A DNA stretch of 64,000 bases, taken from contig JBIOWE010000004.1 in assembly GCA_044868145.1 (NCBI GenBank), positions 333,860-397,859 of the forward strand, read 5' to 3'. Origin of the DNA: Patescibacteria group bacterium. Lineage in GTDB: Bacteria > Patescibacteriota > Patescibacteriia > UBA10025 > JBIOWE01. This document shows positions 54,998 to 64,000 of this stretch, in pieces (position 1 is the stretch's first letter; every line of letters begins with the position of its first letter). The position numbers and the translations under genes are program-made. A model generated the notes under the pieces. That model searched no databases. It saw only the letters and a program-made list of their open reading frames with translations, and was not told the origin of the DNA.

Positions 54998-55437
54998 GCT
55001 AATCTGTTAAACAGATAATCAGTTAATTGGAGGGCTTTTTTTGACGGATCGAGGTAATAAAGCTATTAATTGCCTTGGCCAGATATTGGTACTTGTCGTC
55101 CAGTTCATCAAAGGTTTTCTTATCAATGTATTTTAGCCCTTGTGCTGCGGAAAGATGGCTCCTTGTTTCTTCGACTGATCCGCGAGCTATAACAAGAAGT
55201 TGGATGCGATCTTGATAGCCGTACCGTCCATGACTTTCTGCAATATTTGCCATAATGGATAGGGCGGATTTTTTTAATTGTGCAGTCAGCAAGAAAGTCT
55301 CTTCTTTTGGAAATTGCTTGCAAGCATTATAAACCCTAAGCAGAAGGGCGTATGCTTCTTGCCAAATTCTCAAATCCCGAAAAGAGTCAACCATAAACCG
55401 TTTTGCCGATTAACCGATTAACTGGTTCGCTGATTCG
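54998..55437. repeat. Inverted 8-mer repeat arms flanking four-helix-bundle gene 2
   Basis: Minus strand upstream: CGAATCAG CGAACCAG TTAATCGG TTAATCGG CAAAACGG. Downstream: AACTGATT ATCTGTTT AACAGATT. Confidence 0.7.
55023..55394 (-). CDS. Four-helix-bundle protein (23S rRNA IVP / Avd-like family)
   Basis: SFRDL.IWQ.A, FPKEE.F.L..Q...SA.SI.ANIAE..GR, ARGS..E. Confidence 0.92.
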   Translation of the reverse strand: MVDSFRDLRIWQEAYALLLRVYNACKQFPKEETFLLTAQLKKSALSIMANIAESHGRYGYQDRIQLLVIARGSVEETRSHLSAAQGLKYIDKKTFDELDDKYQYLAKAINSFITSIRQKKPSN

Positions 55438-56001
55438 CTAAAACTTCACCTTGACCGGTTCTCGTGCAGCACCTTCCGCCTCTTCCAGCTCAAAGAATTC
55501 GAAGGGTTTGAAGCCCATCATGCCGGCGATGAGTGAGTTCGGAAATACTTGCATCGCTGTGTTGAAGTCGCGGACATTGCCGTTGTAGAATCGACGCGCC
55601 GCCTGAATTTTGTTTTCCGTGTCCGATAGTTCGTCCTGGAGTTTTGCGAAGTTTTCGTTTGCTTTTAACTGAGGGTAATTCTCCGCCAGCGCGAACAGAC
55701 TTTTCAGTGCGCCGGACAGCATGTTCTCCGCTTGACCTTTTTCCCCGGCGCCTTGCGCGCCCATTGCTTTCGACCGAGCTTCTGTAACTTTATAGAACAC
55801 TTCCTTCTCGTGCGCCGCGTAGCCCTTTACCGTTTCCATCAAGTTTGGAATGAGGTCGTAGCGACGTTTGAGCTGCACGTCGATGTCGGCCCACGCTTCG
55901 TTCGTCTGATTTCGTTTCCGAATCAGGCTGTTATAAACGCCGACGAGCCAGAATACCACAAGGGCGATTGCAGCGAGGATGATCCATGTAACAGTTGACA
56001 T
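55438..56001 (-). CDS. lemA: LemA family protein
   Basis: YN.L......N.AW..IDVQLKRR.DLIPNL, E.YP.LKA, ENKI..ARRFYN. Confidence 0.95.
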   Translation of the reverse strand: MSTVTWIILAAIALVVFWLVGVYNSLIRKRNQTNEAWADIDVQLKRRYDLIPNLMETVKGYAAHEKEVFYKVTEARSKAMGAQGAGEKGQAENMLSGALKSLFALAENYPQLKANENFAKLQDELSDTENKIQAARRFYNGNVRDFNTAMQVFPNSLIAGMMGFKPFEFFELEEAEGAAREPVKVKF

Positions 56002-56048
56002 ATTGTTCTTTTTCCTCGTTCACGATATTCGCGTGAACAAATTAATGG

Positions 56049-56528
56049 TTATTTGATATTGATAAGATAAATAAGATCCGCGTCGACGACAAGTTGTGCA
56101 TTTGCATTTTTCGACGACTGGACGATAACCGTATTGCCGTTATGCAGGTCCGCTTTCTGTACTTCGGTTGTTTGTGAATAAAACGCGTCCGTGTTGGTCC
56201 TCTTGTTTGTCGTATTGATGCGTACGATCCTTGTTGCGTTCGTTATGTTGACCGTAAATGAATAGGAAGTTCGCTTGGCAGTGGATGGATCGGTTACCTG
56301 CACTTTCACGGCTAACGCGTTATCGTTCACGTCGGTAATTTCTCCGCGCCATTGGTACATGGGTTGCTGCGTTTGCTGCGACGCTATGTAAGATTCTATG
56401 GTTTTAACCGTTTGTTCTTCATTCTTTTGCGATCGAATTTCAGTCAGAAGCAGCACAACGACCAAAGCGGCAAAGGTAATGAGGATCGTAATCTCCAATA
56501 AAAATTTTTTATTTTCTTTTCTTGACAT
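56049..56528 (-). CDS. Membrane-anchored hypothetical protein (OB-fold-like)
   Basis: TM helix, G.IT.V......V, DL..G..V.V. Confidence 0.65.
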   Translation of the reverse strand: MSRKENKKFLLEITILITFAALVVVLLLTEIRSQKNEEQTVKTIESYIASQQTQQPMYQWRGEITDVNDNALAVKVQVTDPSTAKRTSYSFTVNITNATRIVRINTTNKRTNTDAFYSQTTEVQKADLHNGNTVIVQSSKNANAQLVVDADLIYLINIK

Positions 56529-56550
56529 TTTCAAGAAATCTTGGTACAAT
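56522..56550 (+). promoter_or_regulatory. Sigma70 promoter for the surface-protein trio
   Basis: TTGACA (56522-56527)-17 nt-TACAAT (56545-56550). Confidence 0.6.
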
Positions 56551-56638
56551 GAATCAGTACGAAAAACGGTTTCATGAGTTGATTATCACGTATTTTCGTG
56601 ATTCTGTCAATTTATTTACCATTTTAAAACAAACAGAA

Positions 56639-59600
56639 GTGCGGGAGAGACGAACAAAAGAAAAAACTGTATCAGCATGGGTGCGTGTTTCTCTCTTTTC
56701 TTCTTTTTTGATTGCCATAATCGTTTTCTTTTCAAGCGCTGGAGTCTCCGCGTTAATTCAAGAGCCAACCGACGTACCACCCGGAGACAACCTCTCCGGT
56801 TTTCTTGATGTTGGGCCATTGAGTCAGGCAAAGCGGGGCGCGCTTCGCCTCGGAAGCAACGTAACGTCCAGCACACAGCTTGATGTCAACGGGTCAGGGT
56901 ACCTCAATGCGCTGACCGTCGATCAGAATCTCACCGTGAATGGCAATACGCTTTTTGTTGACTCGCAAAATAATCGGATTGGACTTGGGACGTTGACGCC
57001 TGCGTATACGCTTGACGTCCTCGGGGGTGGCGTGAGCGTTACGACGCCAGTTTCCGGTGCATGGGGAGTCGCCGTCTGGAGCAGTGACCATGATGCTAGC
57101 TATGGAAAAGGCGCTTCTGGAATCCAAGCGACAAACAATCATGGTGACGGTTCCGGCGTGTGGGGATCGAGTGCATCCACATATGGTTTGTTTGGCGAAA
57201 GTACGAATGGTTCCGGCGTTATTGGTCGCGTAACAGGACTAGCCGGCGGATACGGCGTCTACGCGATGAATGCAAACGTCACAACAGGTTGGGCAGGATA
57301 TTTTACGGGACGTCTTTTTTCATCGAACGACGTGATTGGCCGCAGATTTTTGCCGGAACAATTGCAATCGTCGCTTGTGCCATTCGCGCAAGGCCAGGAA
57401 CTTTCCACGCGGAGCACGTATAATTTATACAAACCGCGCGATCTGGCATTCGACGGAACAAACATCTGGGTGTTGCGCGATCAATTCAGCGGCGAAGTTT
57501 CCAAAGTCCGTCCTGAAGACGGTTTGAAGCTTTCCGACGTTTTGCTTGATGATCCCCAAGGCCGCGAGCCAACGCGATTGATTTACGCCGCGAACTACCT
57601 TTGGACGTCGAATAAAAGCGGCACGAATGTGACGCGTATTGACCCTGCGACAAGCACGCAAACGCATTTTTCAACTGTACCGATTGGTGTCAACTGCGCT
57701 GATCTCACCCAATCGGAGGGTACGTATTATGTTGGTTGTAACCCGACTGCGCTGGTGTATGACAGCGCCACTGCGGGCGGCCCATATGTGTGGGTGTCGA
57801 GTTATACTGACCCGCAGCCGTCTAACGGTACGCTTGGCACGAGCAGTATTGTTCGCATCCGCTTGTCCGACGGAGTGCGCACAGGATTCCTTTTGCAAAA
57901 TTCGGGCAGCGTCCTCGGGGTGAATCCCGTGGCCATTGCGTTTGACGGAACAAATATTTGGACAGTCAATTTTGGCATTCACGGAAGTATCGGTACGCCA
58001 AATGCTCCTGTCACCTTGGCTGACAGCGTTACCAAGTTCCAGGCATCGGACGGTGCGTTCCTCGGGACGTTTTCGCTCGGTACGTGCAACTACCCCATTG
58101 ATATCGTTTACGAAAATGTAGGCAGTCGCCTGTGGGTAGTCTGCAATCAAATGCGTTCATGGGAGAATAATGTGATTCGTTTTAATCCATCTTCGAATGC
58201 CGCGGACGGGGCGTTTTTGTCTGGTGGAGATTATCCCAACCGCATTGCCGTGGACAGCATTACCTCGACCGGTCCGTATGTCTGGGTAACGCATCTCCAA
58301 GGCGTCTCGCGACTCAAAGCATCCGACGGATCTGTTGTGGGACCTTTTACAACGGGCGCAAGTCCCGGCGGGATGACCACGGAGAAAACGTACACGCAAG
58401 GTGCGACAACGTATACGTATCTCTGGACCGCCGATAATCTGTCCTATCAACTTTCCAAGTTCAAGTCGAGCGATGGTGTGCTACAAGGCAATTTTGTGAT
58501 CGAGGGAACCGAGGTCGCAGGAATGACTTTTGACGGAACATACGTATGGACCGCGAACAAAAATTCACGCACGGTCTTTAAAATACGCGTGGCTGACGGC
58601 CAACGGGTTGGCGCCTATACGCTGAATGCGCCGAGCCCACGCCAAGTGTTGTACGACGGTCAAAACGTTTGGGTAACACATTTTTACAGTTATACGCAAA
58701 CGTCAATTTCAAAATTGCGCGCGAGTGATGGCACATTACTCTTTGAAAAAGTATTGACACAAGCGCATGCTGATCCGAAAGGTATGTTCCTTGATACGGT
58801 TACGTCCGGTGGACCGTATGTATGGATCCTCGTGGCAGGTTGGGGTATTCCGAATGAAAGCCATCTTATCCGCTACAAAATTTCCGACAATAGCGAAACA
58901 CGTTTCAACCTGGGTCTCAATACCGCATTGAACCCCCAAGCGCCCGCAAGTATGGTATATGACGGGCAATATCTTTGGATAAGCGCATTCTATGATCCGG
59001 ATCCCAATACCATCAATACCGCGGGCGAGACGTCGAGCCTCGTTCGGGTAGATATTCAGAGTTGTTCAGGCTCATGCTCGATCTTCATAACAACTCCTCC
59101 GTCAGGCCATTACTTACCTCTCGGTATTGCATACGACGGTAAATATCTTTGGACCGCTAATTCTGGGGTAGGCAGCGTGAGTAAGTGGAATCCTAACGGC
59201 GATGGCACCGTAACAGAAATCGCTAATTATCCTGTGAATGTGGATACGTCGGCTGGCCAGCCAGTAGACAACCCGCGCCAAGTTGTTTTTGACGGAACGT
59301 TTGTGTGGGTGGGACTCACGAAGCGAATAGACACGAACAATTATCTTTCCATTCTCCGAGCATCCGACGGAGCAGTTGTTAAAAACAATATCCAGTATGC
59401 GAGCTACGTTTCGCCCGCGAGTTTTGCGTTCGATGGAAGTTTTGTCTGGCTCGGCGGGGATTATTTGAAGGGACTGTACAAATTTTACTCTGGTGCTGGA
59501 TATGGTAAAGAAATTATCGAAGGGGTGGTCCGCCTGCAGAACAGCGTACCGGGTGAATTGGACACTGGCAATATCAATGTGAGCGGAATAGGGACAATTG

Positions 59601-59782
59601 GCGGAAACGCGATTGTGGGCGCAAACGTCATCGCTTCGAGCAACGCATGGGGAGGCGCATCAGATACGCTTGTCAATGTCGCTGGACAAGGGACATATAA
59701 CTGTCCCGACGGTTATTTCGTTAAAGATATTGTGGTGGACGGGAGCAATAACCCGACGCAATTAAAATGCAGGCCATTGTAA
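56639..59782 (+). CDS. Secreted fibre-like / beta-propeller surface protein 1 (start uncertain)
   Basis: Signal peptide, G-V-x-G repeats, many FDG.xxWV blades (about two propellers), C-terminal C..G.FVK...CRPL. Confidence 0.8.
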   Translation: MRERRTKEKTVSAWVRVSLFSSFLIAIIVFFSSAGVSALIQEPTDVPPGDNLSGFLDVGPLSQAKRGALRLGSNVTSSTQLDVNGSGYLNALTVDQNLTVNGNTLFVDSQNNRIGLGTLTPAYTLDVLGGGVSVTTPVSGAWGVAVWSSDHDASYGKGASGIQATNNHGDGSGVWGSSASTYGLFGESTNGSGVIGRVTGLAGGYGVYAMNANVTTGWAGYFTGRLFSSNDVIGRRFLPEQLQSSLVPFAQGQELSTRSTYNLYKPRDLAFDGTNIWVLRDQFSGEVSKVRPEDGLKLSDVLLDDPQGREPTRLIYAANYLWTSNKSGTNVTRIDPATSTQTHFSTVPIGVNCADLTQSEGTYYVGCNPTALVYDSATAGGPYVWVSSYTDPQPSNGTLGTSSIVRIRLSDGVRTGFLLQNSGSVLGVNPVAIAFDGTNIWTVNFGIHGSIGTPNAPVTLADSVTKFQASDGAFLGTFSLGTCNYPIDIVYENVGSRLWVVCNQMRSWENNVIRFNPSSNAADGAFLSGGDYPNRIAVDSITSTGPYVWVTHLQGVSRLKASDGSVVGPFTTGASPGGMTTEKTYTQGATTYTYLWTADNLSYQLSKFKSSDGVLQGNFVIEGTEVAGMTFDGTYVWTANKNSRTVFKIRVADGQRVGAYTLNAPSPRQVLYDGQNVWVTHFYSYTQTSISKLRASDGTLLFEKVLTQAHADPKGMFLDTVTSGGPYVWILVAGWGIPNESHLIRYKISDNSETRFNLGLNTALNPQAPASMVYDGQYLWISAFYDPDPNTINTAGETSSLVRVDIQSCSGSCSIFITTPPSGHYLPLGIAYDGKYLWTANSGVGSVSKWNPNGDGTVTEIANYPVNVDTSAGQPVDNPRQVVFDGTFVWVGLTKRIDTNNYLSILRASDGAVVKNNIQYASYVSPASFAFDGSFVWLGGDYLKGLYKFYSGAGYGKEIIEGVVRLQNSVPGELDTGNINVSGIGTIGGNAIVGANVIASSNAWGGASDTLVNVAGQGTYNCPDGYFVKDIVVDGSNNPTQLKCRPL

Positions 59783-59795
59783 TAACCATATCATG

Positions 59796-59822
59796 GTAGG
59801 TCGGGGCCAGGCTCCGACCTAC
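59796..59822. repeat. GTAG REP-like palindrome
   Basis: GTAGGTCGGGGCC-A-GGCTCCGACCTAC. Confidence 0.85.
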
Positions 59823-59834
59823 GAAGTCACTGAA

Positions 59835-61838
59835 ATGCAAAAACGAATGAGACAAATGAAAGCTGTATACGCAAAACCCCTTGTTATTATGGGTATGGCT
59901 TCGGTCATAATCGGAATGTCGTTTATTTTACACGCGACGCAAGCCGCGTGGGTTGACCCCGGATCTCCTGCGCCGCAGGACAACATTTATCAGCTTATTA
60001 ATATTGGTTCAACTGATCAGGTACGACAAGGTAAACTGCTTCTCAGCCGAGATTATAAACCGGAAGAGACGTTAACGCTGAGCTACCCGCTTGAAGTTGT
60101 CGGACAGCCGCTTGCCACGGGGTTTAACGTGTCTGGTCTGCTTACCCTGGACGGAAATTTGATCGTTGACACAAACACACTGTATGTAGACAGCACGAGC
60201 AACCTCATCGGCATAGGCCTTGCTCCTGACCCTGCCTACAAGCTGACTATTACAGGTGGTGGAAACGGATTGCGCATCGGCGGCGGTTCAGGGGTCGCTG
60301 GTCCAGCATTGAACGTGAGCGCAGTTGGCAACAGTGCGATTTACGCAAAATCACTTGGGTCAACAGCGACGTACGCAGCGATCTTTGGCGAAGGTGTCAC
60401 GGGCGATGGAATCAACGGAATCAATAACTATGCAGGTGCAGTAACAACAAATATCCCCGCGGGCGCGCGAGGAGCCAACACTGGTGCCAGCCCTGGAGCG
60501 CCGGGAGTTCTTGGGACGACTGCAAGCGCAACTGGCGCAAGCGTGCGTGGTGAACTAACGGATCTAATGAACATCAACGGTTGGGCAGGCTATTTTGCCG
60601 GACGCGTGCGCGCGTCGTCGGACGTCGTTGGTAATAAATTTATTCCATCCGCGTTCCAACAATCCGTGCTTCCATATATCACCGATTATTCGCTGGGGGA
60701 TTACGCTGCGAGCACTTCCCCGTCTAGCCTTGCGTTCGATGGCAGTTCCGTTTGGGTGGCGAACGCTGGCTCGACGAACGTTTCCAAAATCCGCGCTTCA
60801 GACGGAAAAAAGATATTCGACGTGAATATGGGCTTTACCCCGCTCGACGTTGTGTTCGATGGCCAAAATGTCTGGGTATCGTATAACAACAGCGGTGGAA
60901 AATTGGCAAAGCTGAACCCGCAAGATGGTTCTATCGCACTGACGATTGATACCTCGCCGCGGTCGGACCTTCAAAATCTGCTCATTACGTTCGATGGAAC
61001 GCTGAAATATATTTGGGCAGCGTCGTCGAGCGGGAATGAGGTGCGACGGTATGCCGTTGATGGCAGCAGTCTCTGCTCGTATGGCACTAATCTCTCAAAT
61101 CCTCAAGGACTCGCCTACGATGGTACAAACATTTGGATAGCAAGTAGAAGCAACAATACGGTGCACCGCATTCAATCCAGTTGTGCGGTAAGCAATTTTC
61201 TCTCCGGCTCGAATCAAGTCGCCGTGAATGCGCCGAACAGACTCCTGTTCGACAACACGAATATGTGGGTGGTGAGTGACGCTGCGTCGGGAACGGGCAA
61301 CGTTACACGGATTTCATCGAGTGGCGCCACGACGTCTCACTCCACTGCGGTTGCAAGCGCGTTTGACTTGTCGTTCGACGGATCATTTGTCTGGATTACG
61401 CACAACAGCGGCACGATCGTTCGAATGAGCGCTCAAACGGGCCAGGCCGTCAAAACGTTCGATGCGAATGGCGCGTCCGCAAACAATGGCCGAGGTATTG
61501 TCTATGATGGCACATACATGTGGATTGGCTATGACGCTGGAACGACAATTTCAAAATACGTCACAGGAACCGGCTGGTCGCAGCCCGACCTTGCTGGCTA
61601 TCTTTTTTTGCAAAACGTTAGTCCATTTATTACGCAAACCGGCAGCTTCAATATCTCCGGCACTAGTGTTATCGGCACCTCACTGACTGTCGCGGGCAAT
61701 CTCGATGCGACGGCTAATACTTGGAATGGGATCGATGCAACACCTGCGCCGGGCAGCGGGTGTTTGAATGGACAATTCGTTAAAGGATTTACGTTGACGG
61801 GCTCTGGAATTGTGAATTTGATATGTAGACCATTATAA
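59835..61838 (+). CDS. Secreted fibre-like / beta-propeller surface protein 2
   Basis: Paralogous to proteins 1 and 3: WAGYF.G, FDG..VWV repeats, ends CRPL. Confidence 0.82.
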   Translation: MQKRMRQMKAVYAKPLVIMGMASVIIGMSFILHATQAAWVDPGSPAPQDNIYQLINIGSTDQVRQGKLLLSRDYKPEETLTLSYPLEVVGQPLATGFNVSGLLTLDGNLIVDTNTLYVDSTSNLIGIGLAPDPAYKLTITGGGNGLRIGGGSGVAGPALNVSAVGNSAIYAKSLGSTATYAAIFGEGVTGDGINGINNYAGAVTTNIPAGARGANTGASPGAPGVLGTTASATGASVRGELTDLMNINGWAGYFAGRVRASSDVVGNKFIPSAFQQSVLPYITDYSLGDYAASTSPSSLAFDGSSVWVANAGSTNVSKIRASDGKKIFDVNMGFTPLDVVFDGQNVWVSYNNSGGKLAKLNPQDGSIALTIDTSPRSDLQNLLITFDGTLKYIWAASSSGNEVRRYAVDGSSLCSYGTNLSNPQGLAYDGTNIWIASRSNNTVHRIQSSCAVSNFLSGSNQVAVNAPNRLLFDNTNMWVVSDAASGTGNVTRISSSGATTSHSTAVASAFDLSFDGSFVWITHNSGTIVRMSAQTGQAVKTFDANGASANNGRGIVYDGTYMWIGYDAGTTISKYVTGTGWSQPDLAGYLFLQNVSPFITQTGSFNISGTSVIGTSLTVAGNLDATANTWNGIDATPAPGSGCLNGQFVKGFTLTGSGIVNLICRPL

Positions 61839-61849
61839 ATATTGACCTT

Positions 61850-61873
61850 GGTCAGGGCGAGGCCCTGACCTAC
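61850..61873. repeat. REP-like palindrome (variant)
   Basis: GGTCAGGGC-GAG-GCCCTGACC-TAC (GTAG on the minus strand). Confidence 0.7.
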
Positions 61874-61885
61874 GAGCGTGCTGAA

Positions 61886-63844
61886 ATGAAAAATCGAAAG
61901 CAACAACAGAAAAGAATAAAGAAATTTGCAGTTGTCTGCTTCATGTTTAGCGTTGTCGCAATTGTGTTGTTATTTGGATTCGGCATTGCCCGCGGTCAAT
62001 GGCAAGAGCCGACGGTCCCGCCGCCCGGATCAAATGTATCAGCGCCGATCAGTGTTGACGATCTAGTGGAAGCGAAGCAAGGCGGGCTGCTCATTGACCC
62101 AACGTATGTACTGGGAAGCGCCTTCTCATTACGTGGTGGTTCAAAGCTCGATGTCCGTGGCGAGGTGAAAGTTACGGGCACCTCCGCGGAGGTCGGTGGC
62201 GGCCTACAGATAGACAATTCGAGCGACGATTCTCTTGTTGTCTCGGGTACGCAAGTAGGTATTGGCACGGATGCGTTCGGTGTGGGGTACAAACTGACCG
62301 TAAATGGCGGCGGCATTGGCATTGGTTCGGAGGCGACGCCAGTGAGTAGTGACGGCGTGTATGCCTACAGCAATAATAACTGGGGGATTATCGCCGCCAG
62401 TACGGATGCTTCGGGCCGGGGCGCGGCATACGGCGAATATGCAGCCGGGTACGGCGTGCACGGCAAGAGTACTGCCGGCGCTGGCGTTATGGGTCAGTCC
62501 GCGGTGGGTTACGGCGTGTATGCGCACACAGCAAACGGCGGCACAACGTTACTCGGCGTGAATACGCTCACCGCCGGCAATTTCTGGGCGGGATATTTCG
62601 TGGGCAAACTCGGCGCAAGCGATGAAGTCGTTGGCGCGAAATTTTTGCCGACAAAATTGCAAAACTCACTCGTGCCGTACACGGTTGGTTGGCGGCAAAC
62701 ATTTACAACGGCCGTCGATGGTCCCGCGAACCTCGCGTTTGACGGCACGTACATCTGGGCCGCGAACGTGAACAGCACGACGGTTTCGAAGATTCGCGCG
62801 AGCGACGGGGTGAAAGTAACGGACGTGACCATTGGCAATGGAGTTCTTGACGTGGTGTTTGACGGAAGTTTTGTCTGGGTGTCTCGCTCCGGCGCATCGA
62901 ACCAGTTGGCAAAAGTTAATCCGTGGACTAATGCGATCGTCGCAACCTATGGCATTGACGCGAATGCGGCGAATCTACTTGTAACATCAGAAGGTGCGAA
63001 CACGTTTATCTGGTACGCGTCTACGTCAACGAATGCGGTACGCAAGTTGAACGCGAACGGCGTGCTGCAATGTTCGGCATCCGGACTCTCAACGCCGCGC
63101 GGGCTCGCGTACGACGGGATAAATGTGTGGGTTGCGAACAACGGAGCAAACAATGTTCTACGCATAAACTCAACATGCGGCAGTGTGGGCTCGTCTGTCG
63201 CTGTGACCGCACCGTTCAGACTCGCCTTTGACGGTTCTTACATGTGGGCGACAACGCGCAACGCCAGCTCGACAAACAACGTTACGAAAATATACGGCGC
63301 TGATGGCGTGATTGCGGGAACGTATTCAACGGGCGTGGCCCAGGCGAATGATTTAGCGTTCGACGGAACATTCTTCTGGGTGACGCACGATACCGCGGTT
63401 GTACGCATAGGCGCTGGCGACGGAACCGTGTATCCGGCGTTGACCAACCCGGGCGGTAACGCGTCAGGGGTCGTGTTCGACGGCACATACGCGTGGGTCG
63501 GGAAAGGATCAGGTAATGCGGTTGATCGCTATTACTCTGGCTCTGGCTGGGGTCATACCGACCCTTCAAGCATGGTCCAACTGCAAAGCTCGACGCCAGG
63601 CACTGCTCAAATCGGAGGATTCGCCATCACAGGGTCGGCCACGCTTGGCGGAAGCTTACAAGTCAACACAGGCGATCTGTCCGTGACCGGCAATACCTGG
63701 GGTGGGACAGCTGATCAATCAACTAGCGTTTCCGGAAATTCAGGAACAAATTCCTATAATTGCTCAACGAACGGATATTTCGTGAAAGGCATTGAGGTGA
63801 ACGCGTTCGGGCAAATCGTCAACTTTTTCTGTAGGCCACTATGA
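61886..63844 (+). CDS. Secreted fibre-like / beta-propeller surface protein 3
   Basis: Same architecture as proteins 1 and 2, ends CRPL. Confidence 0.82.
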   Translation: MKNRKQQQKRIKKFAVVCFMFSVVAIVLLFGFGIARGQWQEPTVPPPGSNVSAPISVDDLVEAKQGGLLIDPTYVLGSAFSLRGGSKLDVRGEVKVTGTSAEVGGGLQIDNSSDDSLVVSGTQVGIGTDAFGVGYKLTVNGGGIGIGSEATPVSSDGVYAYSNNNWGIIAASTDASGRGAAYGEYAAGYGVHGKSTAGAGVMGQSAVGYGVYAHTANGGTTLLGVNTLTAGNFWAGYFVGKLGASDEVVGAKFLPTKLQNSLVPYTVGWRQTFTTAVDGPANLAFDGTYIWAANVNSTTVSKIRASDGVKVTDVTIGNGVLDVVFDGSFVWVSRSGASNQLAKVNPWTNAIVATYGIDANAANLLVTSEGANTFIWYASTSTNAVRKLNANGVLQCSASGLSTPRGLAYDGINVWVANNGANNVLRINSTCGSVGSSVAVTAPFRLAFDGSYMWATTRNASSTNNVTKIYGADGVIAGTYSTGVAQANDLAFDGTFFWVTHDTAVVRIGAGDGTVYPALTNPGGNASGVVFDGTYAWVGKGSGNAVDRYYSGSGWGHTDPSSMVQLQSSTPGTAQIGGFAITGSATLGGSLQVNTGDLSVTGNTWGGTADQSTSVSGNSGTNSYNCSTNGYFVKGIEVNAFGQIVNFFCRPL

Positions 63845-63907
63845 AGAAAAATTTTTACCGAGCTTCAGCTCAGGGTGCAAGAATTATGGCTTTAGCCATT
63901 ACGAAGC

Positions 63908-64000
63908 ATGCTCAATAAGATAAATCCATATTGGCCAAATAATACTACCTATTTCTTAACTGGCTCTACCTTCCTCCACTATCCTTATTTTAAAGAAGAT
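63908..64000 (+). mobile_element. Probable 5' end of a second RAYT-like Y1 transposase (truncated by window edge)
   Basis: MLNKINPYWPNNTTYFLTGSTFLHYPYFKED resembles the RAYT N-terminal YF.T..T....P.F motif. Palindrome GAGCT-TC-AGCTC lies upstream at 63860-63871. Confidence 0.5.

Noticed and set aside
59793-59834. N-terminal MVGRGQAPTY extension of surface protein 2
   Set aside because: It is encoded by the REP palindrome. A downstream ATG precedes the signal peptide.
56522-63844. Prophage tail module
   Set aside because: The proteins have signal peptides, and no capsid, terminase, baseplate or integrase genes are nearby.

Overview
Chromosomal window (genetic code 11) whose gene content fits a Patescibacteria/CPR bacterium, probably Parcubacteria/ABY1-like; this placement is inference only. 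Housekeeping and stress genes (trxA/trxB, gdh, lspA, leuS, hisS, tsaC, rsmA, comM, comF, recG, clpC, htpX, lemA, three tRNAs) surround two large surface-machine loci. The first is a ~22 kb same-strand type IV secretion-like cluster (20.4-42.4 kb): a 2626-aa Cys-rich protein with CBM-like and dockerin modules, a VirB6-like protein with a long HExxH-containing tail, PrgI, VirB4, a VirB8-like protein, and two VirB2-like pilins, one fused to a lytic transglycosylase. No relaxase or VirD4 is visible. The second is a tandem trio of paralogous fibre/beta-propeller surface proteins (56.6-63.8 kb). The non-coding DNA is unusually rich. It holds an intact tRNA-Arg(GCG) nested between the two complementary halves of another tRNA, each half interrupted by a hairpin insert, plus further interrupted tRNA fragments. 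It also holds two candidate promoter-driven structured ncRNAs, four-helix-bundle (IVP/Avd-like) genes in inverted 7-/8-mer repeat arms plus an empty copy, GTAG REPs with RAYT transposases (one carrying an in-frame REP doublet), a two-copy MITE and other palindromic elements. All calls come from reading the sequence and recognising motifs; no searches were run.
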